Source: Opitutales bacterium (GTDB lineage Bacteria > Verrucomicrobiota > Verrucomicrobiia > Opitutales > Coraliomargaritaceae). Taken from it: 28,235 nucleotides of DNA. Below the pieces are notes generated by a model that was given only the letters and a program-made list of their open reading frames with translations, searched no databases and was not told the origin of the DNA. The first letter of the stretch is position 1; each line of letters starts with the position of its first letter. The DNA lies in the NCBI GenBank assembly GCA_049598495.1, contig JBMYNR010000020.1:1-28235 (forward strand), written 5' to 3'. The translations under genes were made by a program, and so were the position numbers. Of the stretch, positions 8,536 to 17,787 are shown piece by piece.

Positions 8536-9536
8536 GCCCGATGCTGGCTGCGGCTTGAACAGCAACCGTCTTCGTAGAGTTCCCCACCGTGCATCATGGC
8601 GGAGTAGTCCGGAGAATCCGGGGTATCGTTGACCGCGAACTGCGCACGATCACCCGAAGACATCGGCCTCGCAGCGCTGGCAGCAACCGCCTGATTTACA
8701 TAATCCACCTTGTCGATCCCCACAACATGTGTGCAGACCTGATCGTAGCTTAAAGCATAGCGTATTACTTCCTCGACATTGGTTTGCCCGTGCAAGTGGG
8801 TGCGACGACTCCCCCCGAAACCCTTCATTCCCAGCACCGCGATATTATGCTTCTCACAAAGAGGCATCGTGTCCTCCTCAAAAGCCCGCGACTTCAAAGC
8901 CCCAACAACAGAGACAGGCATGAGAGTCGCATCCCACTCATAACCACCTTCAATCATATCCCGATGCACCTGGGGGTCCGTGTGCCCGGTGAAGCCACCA
9001 TAACGAATCTTGCCTTGCTTTTTCGCCAACTCGATCGCCTCAATCGCACCGTCAGATTTGTAAGCATCCTGCGCATCATCACCAACGACGTTGTGCATCA
9101 TCCAAAGATCCAGATAATCTGTCTTTAGTCGACGGAGCGAATCCTCAAGATGCTTCATAGCACCTTCCAAGGTGGGATCCCCATCACCTCTAAAGTTGGA
9201 AAATTTAGTCATGAGGAAAACATTGTCCCGCTTTCCCTTTAGGGCATTGCCCATGTATTCCTCCGAAACACCCTTGTGGTATCCCCATGCATTCTCGAAA
9301 AAATTAACGCCGAGGTCATAGGCACGGTGGACGACCTCGTTCGCCTCCCTCTGCGAGCCAGTGTAATAAAGCGTGTGCCCACCAATGCCCACCACCGTCA
9401 ACATATCGTCGTGGCGGCCGAATTTACGCTTGGGAATCTTCGTCCCCTCGGCCGCCTTGGCGATCGCGACCGGCGAACCGGCAAGTGCGGCTGACCCAAT
9501 TGTAGCTTTTAGAAAATTGCGACGGGTAACTTTCAT
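8532..9536 (-). CDS. Aldo/keto reductase with Tat signal peptide
   Basis: TRRNFLK twin-arginine motif plus AKA cleavage site; FFENAWGY, SEEYMG, VFLMTK, LEDSLRRLKTDYLDLWMMH, GKIRYGGFTGH. Confidence 0.88.
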   Translation of the reverse strand: MKVTRRNFLKATIGSAALAGSPVAIAKAAEGTKIPKRKFGRHDDMLTVVGIGGHTLYYTGSQREANEVVHRAYDLGVNFFENAWGYHKGVSEEYMGNALKGKRDNVFLMTKFSNFRGDGDPTLEGAMKHLEDSLRRLKTDYLDLWMMHNVVGDDAQDAYKSDGAIEAIELAKKQGKIRYGGFTGHTDPQVHRDMIEGGYEWDATLMPVSVVGALKSRAFEEDTMPLCEKHNIAVLGMKGFGGSRRTHLHGQTNVEEVIRYALSYDQVCTHVVGIDKVDYVNQAVAASAARPMSSGDRAQFAVNDTPDSPDYSAMMHGGELYEDGCCSSRSQHRA

Positions 9537-9666
9537 GCTGTTTTTGTATTGGATTCAAGGAATACGTCAAACCTAGTCAATCGATTCAGCGTGCACGCTG
9601 GTCGAAGTGAACGACAGCACTTCGAAGCGGCTTGATCTTAGCGAGCGTCTGGGACTTAAACACATA

Positions 9667-9990
9667 ATGCTTCGTTTCGACAACACACTGCATCGGGTTC
9701 GCACAATTGGTTTTTGGGAAGGCTGGTCGGCCATCCTTCTCTTTTTCGTGGCTATGCCGATGAAATACATCTGGGAGAACGATGTACTCATTCGCCCCGT
9801 CGGGATGGCTCACGGGATCCTTTGGATGGCTTACCTTGGCTTCGCTTTCCTCGGCCAGATGGACTATCGTTGGTCGTGGAAACTAACCGGCTGGCTTGTT
9901 CTCGCCAGTATCGTGCCGGGCGGCCCCTTCGTCGCCGATACGAAACTGCTCAAGGCCTACGAGGCCAATATTCAGAGCCCATTGCTCTAG
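9667..9990 (+). CDS. DUF3817 family small membrane protein
   Basis: EGWSAILLFFVAMPMKY, GMAHGILW.AY, ASIVPGGPF; start at ATG 9667. Confidence 0.85.
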   Translation: MLRFDNTLHRVRTIGFWEGWSAILLFFVAMPMKYIWENDVLIRPVGMAHGILWMAYLGFAFLGQMDYRWSWKLTGWLVLASIVPGGPFVADTKLLKAYEANIQSPLL

Positions 9991-9997
9991 CGTCGAC

Positions 9998-10333
9998 TCA
10001 GCCCGGAGGCCAGGCCATGGCGCGGCCACCGAGCACATGTATGTGCAGATGCGGCACGGTCTCACCGCCATCTTTACCGTTATTGATAACAATACGGTAA
10101 CCGCCCTTGAGCGACATCTTATCCGCAACCATGGCTGCTGTAAGCAGGAGATGACCGAGCAGGGAAGCATCGCCTTCATTGGCCTCTGCCACTCTCGGAA
10201 TCAATTGTTTCGGAACGACAAGTAAATGAGTTGGTGCCTGCGGATCGATATCATGGATGACGATACACCGCTCGTCTTCATGCTCGATCTTGGCGGGAAT
10301 CTCACGGTTAATAATTCGCTGAAAAAGGGTCAT
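9998..10333 (-). CDS. hinT: Histidine triad nucleotide-binding protein
   Basis: TLFQRIINREIPA, DIDPQAPTHLLVVPK, GGETVPHLHIHVLGGR. Confidence 0.93.
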   Translation of the reverse strand: MTLFQRIINREIPAKIEHEDERCIVIHDIDPQAPTHLLVVPKQLIPRVAEANEGDASLLGHLLLTAAMVADKMSLKGGYRIVINNGKDGGETVPHLHIHVLGGRAMAWPPG

Positions 10334-10377
10334 CACTCATCTGGGTTTTTCTCCGGGTAAACTGTCATGAACATGCC

Positions 10378-10857
10378 TTAGACGACAACCAAGTGCAATC
10401 GCGAACCCCGCGTAGCCCAGGCGCACACCAACTCATCGATCCAGTTGCGAACGCGTTGGTATTGGACCTCGCGATGCTTCGTCCAATATTTGCCTGCGGG
10501 ACAAACCGCCTCACGTAGGCCCGTGACCAGCAAGAGCGCTTCACGCCGACCAGCCAGCTTCTTCATCTCCGCGACAATTGCCTGCCGGATCCAAAGAGGG
10601 CTAAAATCATCCAAGCGAGGGACATGCCAATGGGCGAAAGCACATTCACAGATCGTTTCATGTTCGCCAAAATGAATTTCCGCAAGCCGATCCACGTATT
10701 CGCCAAGCGGAATTGCCTCCAGCTCTTCAGGATGCTCCCGATGAGCGAATTCAAGCGCGCGACGGGCGTGTTCAGCGCGGTCATGATCCGAAATTCGCCC
10801 CAATATTTCATTCAAGGTGCGTAGTTGATCGACTGGGGCCGACTTAGCTTTGGGCAT
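10378..10857 (-). CDS. Hypothetical protein coupled to nrdR
   Basis: 159-aa ORF with ATG overlapping the nrdR 3' end by 14 nt; fills the gap between nrdR and hinT; no family recognised. Confidence 0.72.
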   Translation of the reverse strand: MPKAKSAPVDQLRTLNEILGRISDHDRAEHARRALEFAHREHPEELEAIPLGEYVDRLAEIHFGEHETICECAFAHWHVPRLDDFSPLWIRQAIVAEMKKLAGRREALLLVTGLREAVCPAGKYWTKHREVQYQRVRNWIDELVCAWATRGSRLHLVVV

Positions 10858-11314
10858 TTTCGGTCGACTCCTTCAATTCATTGATTTCCTGAGCGAGTTC
10901 GGATAGATCGCGGAAGTCCTTGTAAACGGAAGCGTAGCGCACATAGGCAATTTGATCGAGATGCTTCAGGCGCAGCATGATTTGCTCGCCAATTGCGTGG
11001 GCGGGAATCTCATGATCAAATTCTTTTTCCAAGGTCGCGAGAACATCGGCAATCATCATCTCGATCTGCAGGACATCGATCGGACGTTTCTCCACAGCCT
11101 TACGGAGACCACCCAGCATCTTCGCACGGTCGAAATCCTCACGGCGACCATCGCGTTTAACTACTTGCAAGTCCGCGTGAAGGACCTCCTCAATCGTCGT
11201 AAAGCGATAGCCGCAGTCGAGACACTCACGGCGGCGGCGGATCGAGGTTTCGTTTTTACCCGTCCGGGTGTCGAGCACCTTGGTCTCGAGAGATGCACAT
11301 TTGGGGCAACGCAT
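10844..11314 (-). CDS. nrdR: Transcriptional repressor NrdR
   Basis: MRCPKC...[18 protein letters not shown] zinc ribbon, [15 protein letters not shown] cone, [15 protein letters not shown]. Confidence 0.97.
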   Translation of the reverse strand: MRCPKCASLETKVLDTRTGKNETSIRRRRECLDCGYRFTTIEEVLHADLQVVKRDGRREDFDRAKMLGGLRKAVEKRPIDVLQIEMMIADVLATLEKEFDHEIPAHAIGEQIMLRLKHLDQIAYVRYASVYKDFRDLSELAQEINELKESTENAQS

Positions 11315-11379
11315 AGTTTATTCAGTAGCCAGAAATAGAGGAGTTAGAGGGCAGTCCACTCTGAATAATTATAGATATT

Positions 11380-11424
11380 CAACTAAATGTAGCGTTCGGC
11401 CATGGCAAACACTATATTTAGTGG
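11380..11424. promoter_or_regulatory. Candidate tandem NrdR boxes upstream of nrdR
   Basis: caaCTAaATgTAGcgt (11380-11395) and acaCTAtATtTAGtgg (11409-11424) match acaCwAtATaTwGtg; minus-strand TATAAT at 11368-11373. Confidence 0.65.
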
Positions 11425-11442
11425 TCTAGCCCACATGAGCCA

Positions 11443-12006
11443 CTAGAGCTCGAGAAAGTTCTCCAGCATTTTCATGCCTTGCTCAGTCGCAAGGGATTCA
11501 GGATGAAATTGCACGCCCCAGACGGGGAGTTCCTTGTGAGCCAGACCCATAATCTCACCCGCATCCGTCTCGGCAGTGACTTCCAGACAATCGGGCAAAG
11601 TTTCACGCTCGACGAGCAGAGAATGATAGCGGGTCGCTTCCATCGGGTTGGGGAGCCCTTCGAAGATGTCGGTGTCCCGGTGTTTCACCGGGCTAGTCTT
11701 GCCATGCATGAGGCGATCCGCACGAACCACCCTAGCCCCAAAATGCTGGCCGATGCTCTGGTGCCCGAGGCAGACGCCCAACAGCGGTTTCTTTCCAGCA
11801 AATGCATCAATCATTGCCAGACTAACGCCCGCTTCGTTCGGCGAGCAGGGACCCGGAGAAATCATGACCCGGTCAGGGTTGAGTTCAAGGGCCTCCTCCA
11901 CCGTAATCGCATTATTACGAAAGACCTTCTGCTCGACCCCTAATTGCCCAAAGTACTGAACCAGATTATAAGTAAACGAATCAAAATTATCGATAACAAG
12001 AAGCAT
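11443..12006 (-). CDS. trpG: Glutamine amidotransferase subunit (anthranilate/ADC synthase component II, TrpG/PabA)
   Basis: [48 protein letters not shown]; start at ATG 12006. Confidence 0.92.
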   Translation of the reverse strand: MLLVIDNFDSFTYNLVQYFGQLGVEQKVFRNNAITVEEALELNPDRVMISPGPCSPNEAGVSLAMIDAFAGKKPLLGVCLGHQSIGQHFGARVVRADRLMHGKTSPVKHRDTDIFEGLPNPMEATRYHSLLVERETLPDCLEVTAETDAGEIMGLAHKELPVWGVQFHPESLATEQGMKMLENFLEL

Positions 12007-12105
12007 GGCTGGTAATAACGGATGAGTGATGACGGATGGCGAAACTGCACCGACGATCTCGGAAAGCAAGTCCACTGCGCTTGTGCATATTCATATTTCA
12101 GAGTT

Positions 12106-13344
12106 TCAGCTTTTCAGCGTCTCCGTATTTCCCAAGACACGAGCCGCCTCCTGCACATCTTTGTCCCCGCGGCCACTCAAGTTGCCGATGATGATTTCAT
12201 CCGGAGACATCTCGCGGGCACGCTGCATCGTATAAGCAATACCGTGCGAGGACTCCAAGGCAGGAACAATCCCCTCAACCGAGCAAAGATCCTGAAAGGC
12301 CTGTAGGGCTTCTGCATCGGTCGCGTATCCGAAATCAATCCTGCCTTTTTCCTTGTAATAGGCATGCTCTGGTCCCACGGCAGCATAATCGAGACCCGCA
12401 GAAACGGAATGGGTCAGATCGATCTGACCCTCCGGATCCTGAAGGATCCACGTCTTAGCTCCCTGCAATACACCCAGTTGGCCACCCTCAAAACGGGCCG
12501 CATGGTGACCTCGCTTAATCTCACGGCCGCCTGCCTCCACACCGGTCAGCCGAACTTCCATATCCTTTAGGAAGGCAAAGAAAATACCGATGGCATTGGA
12601 GCCCCCGCCGACACAGGCCGCGACTTCGTCCGGCAAACGACCTTCTTTTTCCAGAATCTGGCGACGGCACTCCTCACCGATCACGCGGTGGAAGTCGCGA
12701 ACCATCATCGGGAAAGGATGTGAACCCAGGGCAGAGCCGATGATGTAATGCGTGGTGCGAACATTGGTAACCCAATCACGCATCGCCTCATTGACCGCCT
12801 CCTTGAGCGTCTTCTGCCCCGCAGAAACCCCACGCACCTCGGCGCCGCAGAGTCGCATGCGATAAACGTTGAGGGATTGGCGGCGCATATCTTCCTCTCC
12901 CATGTAAATGACACATTCGAAGCCCATCTTCGCGCACATCGCAGCCGTTGCGATGCCGTGCTGGCCCGCACCGGTCTCGGCAATGATACGCCTCTTGCCC
13001 ATACGCTTCGCCAAAAGTGCCTGCCCAAGCGCGTTGTTGATCTTGTGCGCACCTGTGTGCAGCAAATCTTCACGCTTAAGATAGATCTTGGCTCCGCCGC
13101 AATGCTTGGTCAGCTGATCAGCAAAATACAGATTGGTCGGACGGCCTGCAAACTCATGCAGTTGCTGATCCAATTCCTTTTTAAAAGCAGGATCTTTCCG
13201 GGCCGATTCATACGCTTCGGTCAATTCGAAAAGCGGCGTCATCAGCGTCTCAGGCACATACATACCACCGTATGCGCCGAAGTGGCCACGCGAATCGGGA
13301 AGGTCGAGTGGATCGAGCTCGAGTTCTACAGGAGCGGCTGGCAT
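12106..13344 (-). CDS. trpB: Tryptophan synthase beta chain
   Basis: [60 protein letters not shown]. Confidence 0.97.
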   Translation of the reverse strand: MPAAPVELELDPLDLPDSRGHFGAYGGMYVPETLMTPLFELTEAYESARKDPAFKKELDQQLHEFAGRPTNLYFADQLTKHCGGAKIYLKREDLLHTGAHKINNALGQALLAKRMGKRRIIAETGAGQHGIATAAMCAKMGFECVIYMGEEDMRRQSLNVYRMRLCGAEVRGVSAGQKTLKEAVNEAMRDWVTNVRTTHYIIGSALGSHPFPMMVRDFHRVIGEECRRQILEKEGRLPDEVAACVGGGSNAIGIFFAFLKDMEVRLTGVEAGGREIKRGHHAARFEGGQLGVLQGAKTWILQDPEGQIDLTHSVSAGLDYAAVGPEHAYYKEKGRIDFGYATDAEALQAFQDLCSVEGIVPALESSHGIAYTMQRAREMSPDEIIIGNLSGRGDKDVQEAARVLGNTETLKS

Positions 13345-13454
13345 AAAGGAATACGGGGCCGAGCGAGGCGCTTTGTCAAGCTGTCCTTAGAGATCCGGAC
13401 GGGGTCCACCGTGTCACAGCATACTCGATACTCCAGGGTGCGCCTGGACACGCC

Positions 13455-14201
13455 CTAATCCAAAGCAGCCTCAAAGGCGACTAGATCCTCCGAGGTATCA
13501 ATGCCAACCGTTGCCTGATCGGTCATACCCACATGGATACGATAGCCATGCTCCAACGCTCGGAGTTGCTCCAGTTTCTCAGTTTGCTCCAAAAAGCCCG
13601 ACTTGAGTCCGGAGAATGCCTTCAAGAAGTTTGCCCGGTAGGCATAGAGACCCAGATGTCGATAGCAACGGTTCGTCGACAACCATGCCGCATCTACCAC
13701 ACCGCCACTGTCCCGAGCATAGGGAATCGGGGAGCGGGAAAAATAGAGCGCATATCCGTCGTGCCCACACACAACCTTAACCTGGTTCGGATTGGCGAAA
13801 TCTTCCGGTTGATCGAAAGGAACTGCAAGGGTGGCAATGGCTGCGTCTCCATCAAGGCCCGCTGCCAGGGCGCGAATCTGCTCTCCAGTGACGAGCGGCT
13901 CATCGCCTTGGACATTGATCACTGCCTCAGCACCAATAATTGAGTTTGCCTCCGCCAAACGATCGGTGCCGCTCGGATGCTCCGGCCTCGTCCGAACAAC
14001 TCGATACCCTGCCCCGGCGAGACAGGCCTCCAGTGCATCGTCATCCACCGCAAAATAGAGGGGAAACTCCGGGGCAACGGCCTGAATCCGCTCGGCGGTC
14101 CACAGGACAATCGGCTTCCCGCGGACCTCATGTAGGAGTTTTCTCGGGAAGCGCTGGGAGGCCAATCGGGCGGGGACAATAATTGCGGGTATCTTTGACA
14201 T
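13455..14201 (-). CDS. kdsB: 3-deoxy-manno-octulosonate cytidylyltransferase (CMP-KDO synthetase)
   Basis: [62 protein letters not shown]; start uncertain (14201 chosen). Confidence 0.95.
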   Translation of the reverse strand: MSKIPAIIVPARLASQRFPRKLLHEVRGKPIVLWTAERIQAVAPEFPLYFAVDDDALEACLAGAGYRVVRTRPEHPSGTDRLAEANSIIGAEAVINVQGDEPLVTGEQIRALAAGLDGDAAIATLAVPFDQPEDFANPNQVKVVCGHDGYALYFSRSPIPYARDSGGVVDAAWLSTNRCYRHLGLYAYRANFLKAFSGLKSGFLEQTEKLEQLRALEHGYRIHVGMTDQATVGIDTSEDLVAFEAALD

Positions 14202-14231
14202 CTTGCTGACCATCATCATGAAACTTGTCGA

Positions 14232-14552
14232 ATGAACAAGGAAATCAGTGTCGAGGAAGCTGCTATTTTAAGGAATAATCATGCGGAAGCTATTTTCCTC
14301 GATGTTCGTGAAGATCACGAGCTCGATATCTGCCGAATCGAAGGGGCTCTTCACATCCCGATGGGACTGGTCCCGGAGCGCTATCACGCACTAGACAGCC
14401 ATGCACCGCTCGTTGTCTTTTGTCATCATGGCATGCGCAGCTTGAATGTTGTCCAGTTTCTCGAGGCCAAGGGCTTCAAGAACGCCCTCAATATGAGGGG
14501 CGGCATCCACGCATGGGCCCACGAGGTCGATCGGGAAATGCCGCATTATTAA
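14232..14552 (+). CDS. Single-domain rhodanese-like sulfurtransferase
   Basis: [18 protein letters not shown], active loop [16 protein letters not shown]. Confidence 0.9.
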   Translation: MNKEISVEEAAILRNNHAEAIFLDVREDHELDICRIEGALHIPMGLVPERYHALDSHAPLVVFCHHGMRSLNVVQFLEAKGFKNALNMRGGIHAWAHEVDREMPHY

Positions 14553-14779
14553 CTGATATCACTTCGCGAAAGGGCGCGTCGGACTTAGAGTACTCTGCAT
14601 TTAGGCAGTCCGCCACGCAGTTGAGTGTTTGTTGAGTTGTCGCTTGTGTTTTGCCCGGGTGTGGTGACTGAACGACCGCCTGAAGAGCGATTGTCGCGGG
14701 CTACGACCGATTGGGCTTTGTCCAATTTTTCAGGCGCGCAAACCGGCCTCCATTAGGCCATTGTGGTGATTTTTAACAT

Positions 14780-15679
14780 CTAGAAGAGATCCGCCTGATC
14801 GGCAGACGGCGGAGGTATCTCACCCCGAAAGGGCGTCACCGCCTGAGATTCCCGCGCGCGCTCGATGACAATTGGCCGTCGAGTGAAATCAGGTGCTGTC
14901 TTCTGTCTTCGTGCCGTAACCGGACTCGAGAGATCGCGGATCGGCTCCAGGCGCGATTGGTAGGCGACCAAATCGTTCGCCGCCTCTACATTCCGCTCCA
15001 CTGCCTTGAGAAATTCAGCCATACGGTCTCTGCCTTGAGCCGTCATTTTAGCCACCTCAATCGAGGGTGCCATACGAGAACCCACCGCTGAAAGTCGCTG
15101 CCCCGTTCGGAGTGTATAAGTCAGATCATTATGATCGCTGAAACGCACACGGCCTTGACTGCAAGATAGAGTAAAGTTGAAAAGCTGACTTCTTGGATCA
15201 AAGTATATTTCCGCAAAAACGAGAGCATCCCGCAGAGTGATCTTGCCGAGCGGTGTTTCGATAAGACACTGCGAGATCTCATTCATGCGTCGACTATCGA
15301 GTCGCATTTGTCCTGAGCGAAAATTGTAAATCATGCGACTCTGACCGGTTTCCCGCTCGGAAGCTTGCCAAGCCTGAACGGCAGAGGCGACCTGTTCAAA
15401 ACGCTCGATTGAAAAACTCCCTTCGCCGGTAAACTCGACAAACATTCGGTTCGATGCGCTGAAAGCAACTCGGGCTGCCGGACCCGCTTCACAATTCAGC
15501 AAGCCTTTTAGAGGCCTGGGGGTCTCCTCTGCCGATATCGTCGATGAATCTGTGCCCAACTGGGTCACGCTCACTTCGCCCTCAACCTCTAGGAAAACGA
15601 GCGAGCCATGCACCCAACCGTCAGCAAGGCCGGCTTGGGTCGATAATACCAAAAGGAGTAGCAGGATGAAGCGGGGCAC
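14780..15679 (-). CDS. Secreted FecR-domain-like protein
   Basis: Signal peptide, VFLEVEGEVSV, FRSGQM, IETPLGKITLR, SCSQGRVRF pattern typical of FecR beta-domains. Confidence 0.6.
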   Translation of the reverse strand: MPRFILLLLLVLSTQAGLADGWVHGSLVFLEVEGEVSVTQLGTDSSTISAEETPRPLKGLLNCEAGPAARVAFSASNRMFVEFTGEGSFSIERFEQVASAVQAWQASERETGQSRMIYNFRSGQMRLDSRRMNEISQCLIETPLGKITLRDALVFAEIYFDPRSQLFNFTLSCSQGRVRFSDHNDLTYTLRTGQRLSAVGSRMAPSIEVAKMTAQGRDRMAEFLKAVERNVEAANDLVAYQSRLEPIRDLSSPVTARRQKTAPDFTRRPIVIERARESQAVTPFRGEIPPPSADQADLF

Positions 15680-15681
15680 GG

Positions 15682-17634
15682 CTATAGAATCAAGAGTTTC
15701 TGTTCCAAACGGCGGGCAGCAGAGTTACCCGGATTGATCCGGAGGGCCTTTTCGACCAGACTGAGGGCTTCTTCACGCCGATCACCATAGCCGCCGAGAA
15801 AGGCAGCATAGTAGTAGTGAGCGTTACTACTATTGGGAGCAAGCTCCAAAGCCTTGAGTAAGGACGCCTCTGCAACCGCGGCGTCACCATATAAGGCATT
15901 GGCCACCCCCAACTGTGCCCAGGACATCCAATACTGCGGCCCCAAGGCCACCGCCCTCTCTGCACACGTGACAGCACGAGACCCAATTGAATCAAACTCG
16001 GAGGGATTTTGAAAATACAGCTGACAAACAGCCGAGCTCAGGCCTATCCAGGCATCCACATTGCTCTCATCCACGATGAGGGCATCTTCATAGAGCACGA
16101 TCACTTGATCCAAAAGATCCGTATTCCCCGAGACATGGACCCGCATATCCACCAAATGATCCAGCTGCTGACGCCCTCTCAATTCGAGCGCCTGCGCCTC
16201 GAGCTTGTGGGCACCAAAGACATAAAAAGACCAACCAGCCCCTAAAGCCAAAAAGAGATAGGCAAATCGGAAAGCCAATCCGCCAGGCACCGCAAGACTG
16301 CGAGCGAAGCTCGCCTTCACAAGAATGCAGAATGTTAATGTAAGATAGAGAACCAGCGCAGGGACATAAAGTAGGAAGGTAAAGCACATGCATAAACCAC
16401 AGGCGATGAAACCTGTGAAACCGATCGATATAAAGAACCGCTTCGGTGGCATTATTTTCCTATTCGATTCCATCGGCTTGATTGCATAGGGCTCACCTCC
16501 AAGAACCCTCAGGGCTCGCAAAACGATGAAGATAACGGGGACGACCAAAAGAAGGGCGCCGATGGCACCATACTGGCTGAGGATCAAAACAAAATCGTTA
16601 TGGGGCGTGTTGGGAGAATCCGGCAGATGGACACGAGAGCTCTGCTCGAATGCTGCCCCGTAGGCCCCTGCTCCCTGCCCAAAGATCGGACTCTCCGCGA
16701 ACATGGCCAAGCCCTCATCCCAGAGAACGACGCGAACTCCTTCACCATCTACAGAGGCGGCATGCTTGATGCCCTTGGCAAAAAGAGGATGCAAGACGAC
16801 CAATCCCGTGAAAATGAGGCTCACCGAGAGCGCACCCAAGAGAGAGAAAAGCGCGCGAGTCTTCACTTTTCGAAAACAAAACCAAGGCACGACTGCGATC
16901 ACCATAACCGCCGTTAGCAAAGACCAATAGGCTTGGGTGAAGACGATTCCAATTAGCAGCATAACCGCAATGTAGAAACAAAGCAGACGCAGGATCAGCG
17001 AAAGTCGCTTGACGGCCACCCCGACCAGTAACAGCGGCATGAGAATCGTCAGAAAGGCGGCAAACGAATTAGGATCGGCAAAGGAACCGGTGGCACGGCC
17101 GAGGAACTCCGCATGCAGAACCAGAGGATAAGGCGTCATCGCGTCCACCATACTCTTCGGATCTTGGAAGAATTGGTAAAAACCATTAAAAGTGGCGACA
17201 GTGGCAGGCAAGAGACTGAATAGAATAAGACACCAGAGGTGAGCCCGCGTCCTTACATTGTTTATCAGGACCCATAACACGATAAAGGCCTGCAACGCAT
17301 AAACGAATTCATACCAACCAAGCCAGGGGACGGGCGATCGCCAGACCACACTCAAAAGCATCCATAAGAGCGCGGGGATGAAGAGCAGGGGGATGTAGCT
17401 CAAGCGCTTGGGAGACTCCCGATTGAGAACGAACCAGAGGCCATGCAGCGTCAAGAGAATGGCATACAGGGGAAGGATTGCCAAGTGGGTATCCGGACGT
17501 ACGCCACCAAGCTTGATCGTTGTTAGCATAATGATGCCCCCAAGGCAAAACGTCACCATCCAGTCGACGGTATTCGCCCAAGAAAGCTTTCCGAAGAAGG
17601 CAACATTGCCGTGTTTATCTATAATGGAGGCCAT
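15682..17634 (-). CDS. O-antigen ligase-like (Wzy_C) membrane protein with C-terminal TPRs
   Basis: RATGSFADPNSFAAFL, RVVLW..G..MF..SPIFGQGAGAY, PHNDFVLILSQYG, many TMs, TPR repeats (KALELAPNSSNAHYYYA); start at ATG 17634. Confidence 0.88.
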   Translation of the reverse strand: MASIIDKHGNVAFFGKLSWANTVDWMVTFCLGGIIMLTTIKLGGVRPDTHLAILPLYAILLTLHGLWFVLNRESPKRLSYIPLLFIPALLWMLLSVVWRSPVPWLGWYEFVYALQAFIVLWVLINNVRTRAHLWCLILFSLLPATVATFNGFYQFFQDPKSMVDAMTPYPLVLHAEFLGRATGSFADPNSFAAFLTILMPLLLVGVAVKRLSLILRLLCFYIAVMLLIGIVFTQAYWSLLTAVMVIAVVPWFCFRKVKTRALFSLLGALSVSLIFTGLVVLHPLFAKGIKHAASVDGEGVRVVLWDEGLAMFAESPIFGQGAGAYGAAFEQSSRVHLPDSPNTPHNDFVLILSQYGAIGALLLVVPVIFIVLRALRVLGGEPYAIKPMESNRKIMPPKRFFISIGFTGFIACGLCMCFTFLLYVPALVLYLTLTFCILVKASFARSLAVPGGLAFRFAYLFLALGAGWSFYVFGAHKLEAQALELRGRQQLDHLVDMRVHVSGNTDLLDQVIVLYEDALIVDESNVDAWIGLSSAVCQLYFQNPSEFDSIGSRAVTCAERAVALGPQYWMSWAQLGVANALYGDAAVAEASLLKALELAPNSSNAHYYYAAFLGGYGDRREEALSLVEKALRINPGNSAARRLEQKLLIL

Positions 17635-17787
17635 ACAATTCAGGTGCGCAAGCAGCCCTTTTCGGGAGGTAGGCAATAGAGTGAACTCGCCGAGGTAAAC
17701 CCATAATTTCGCCCGAACCCGCACACTCAAATGCTTGTATCTTCGCGAGAACTTAGATTCTCTGCCGGAGTCGAACGAATAACATTG

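Noticed and set aside
10333..10340. Out-of-frame ATG just upstream of hinT suggesting a frameshift
   Set aside because: The in-frame ATG at 10333 already gives a complete HIT protein.
13345..13454. Trp attenuator or leader peptide before trpB
   Set aside because: No Trp-codon leader ORF or T-box seen; a TTGACA 29 nt before the ATG suggests little or no leader.
12748..13458. 236-aa plus-strand ORF
   Set aside because: Antisense to trpB; typical codon-bias shadow ORF.
14232..14552. Rhodanese as dedicated sulfur donor for LarE
   Set aside because: About 8 kb away among unrelated housekeeping genes; no evidence of linkage.
14670..14745. Resemblance to a glycine riboswitch (cgcctgaagagc...tttcaggc)
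   Set aside because: No upstream GGAGA, the core reads CGCCTGAAG rather than CGCCGAAG and is explained by a simple inverted repeat, and no same-strand gene lies downstream.
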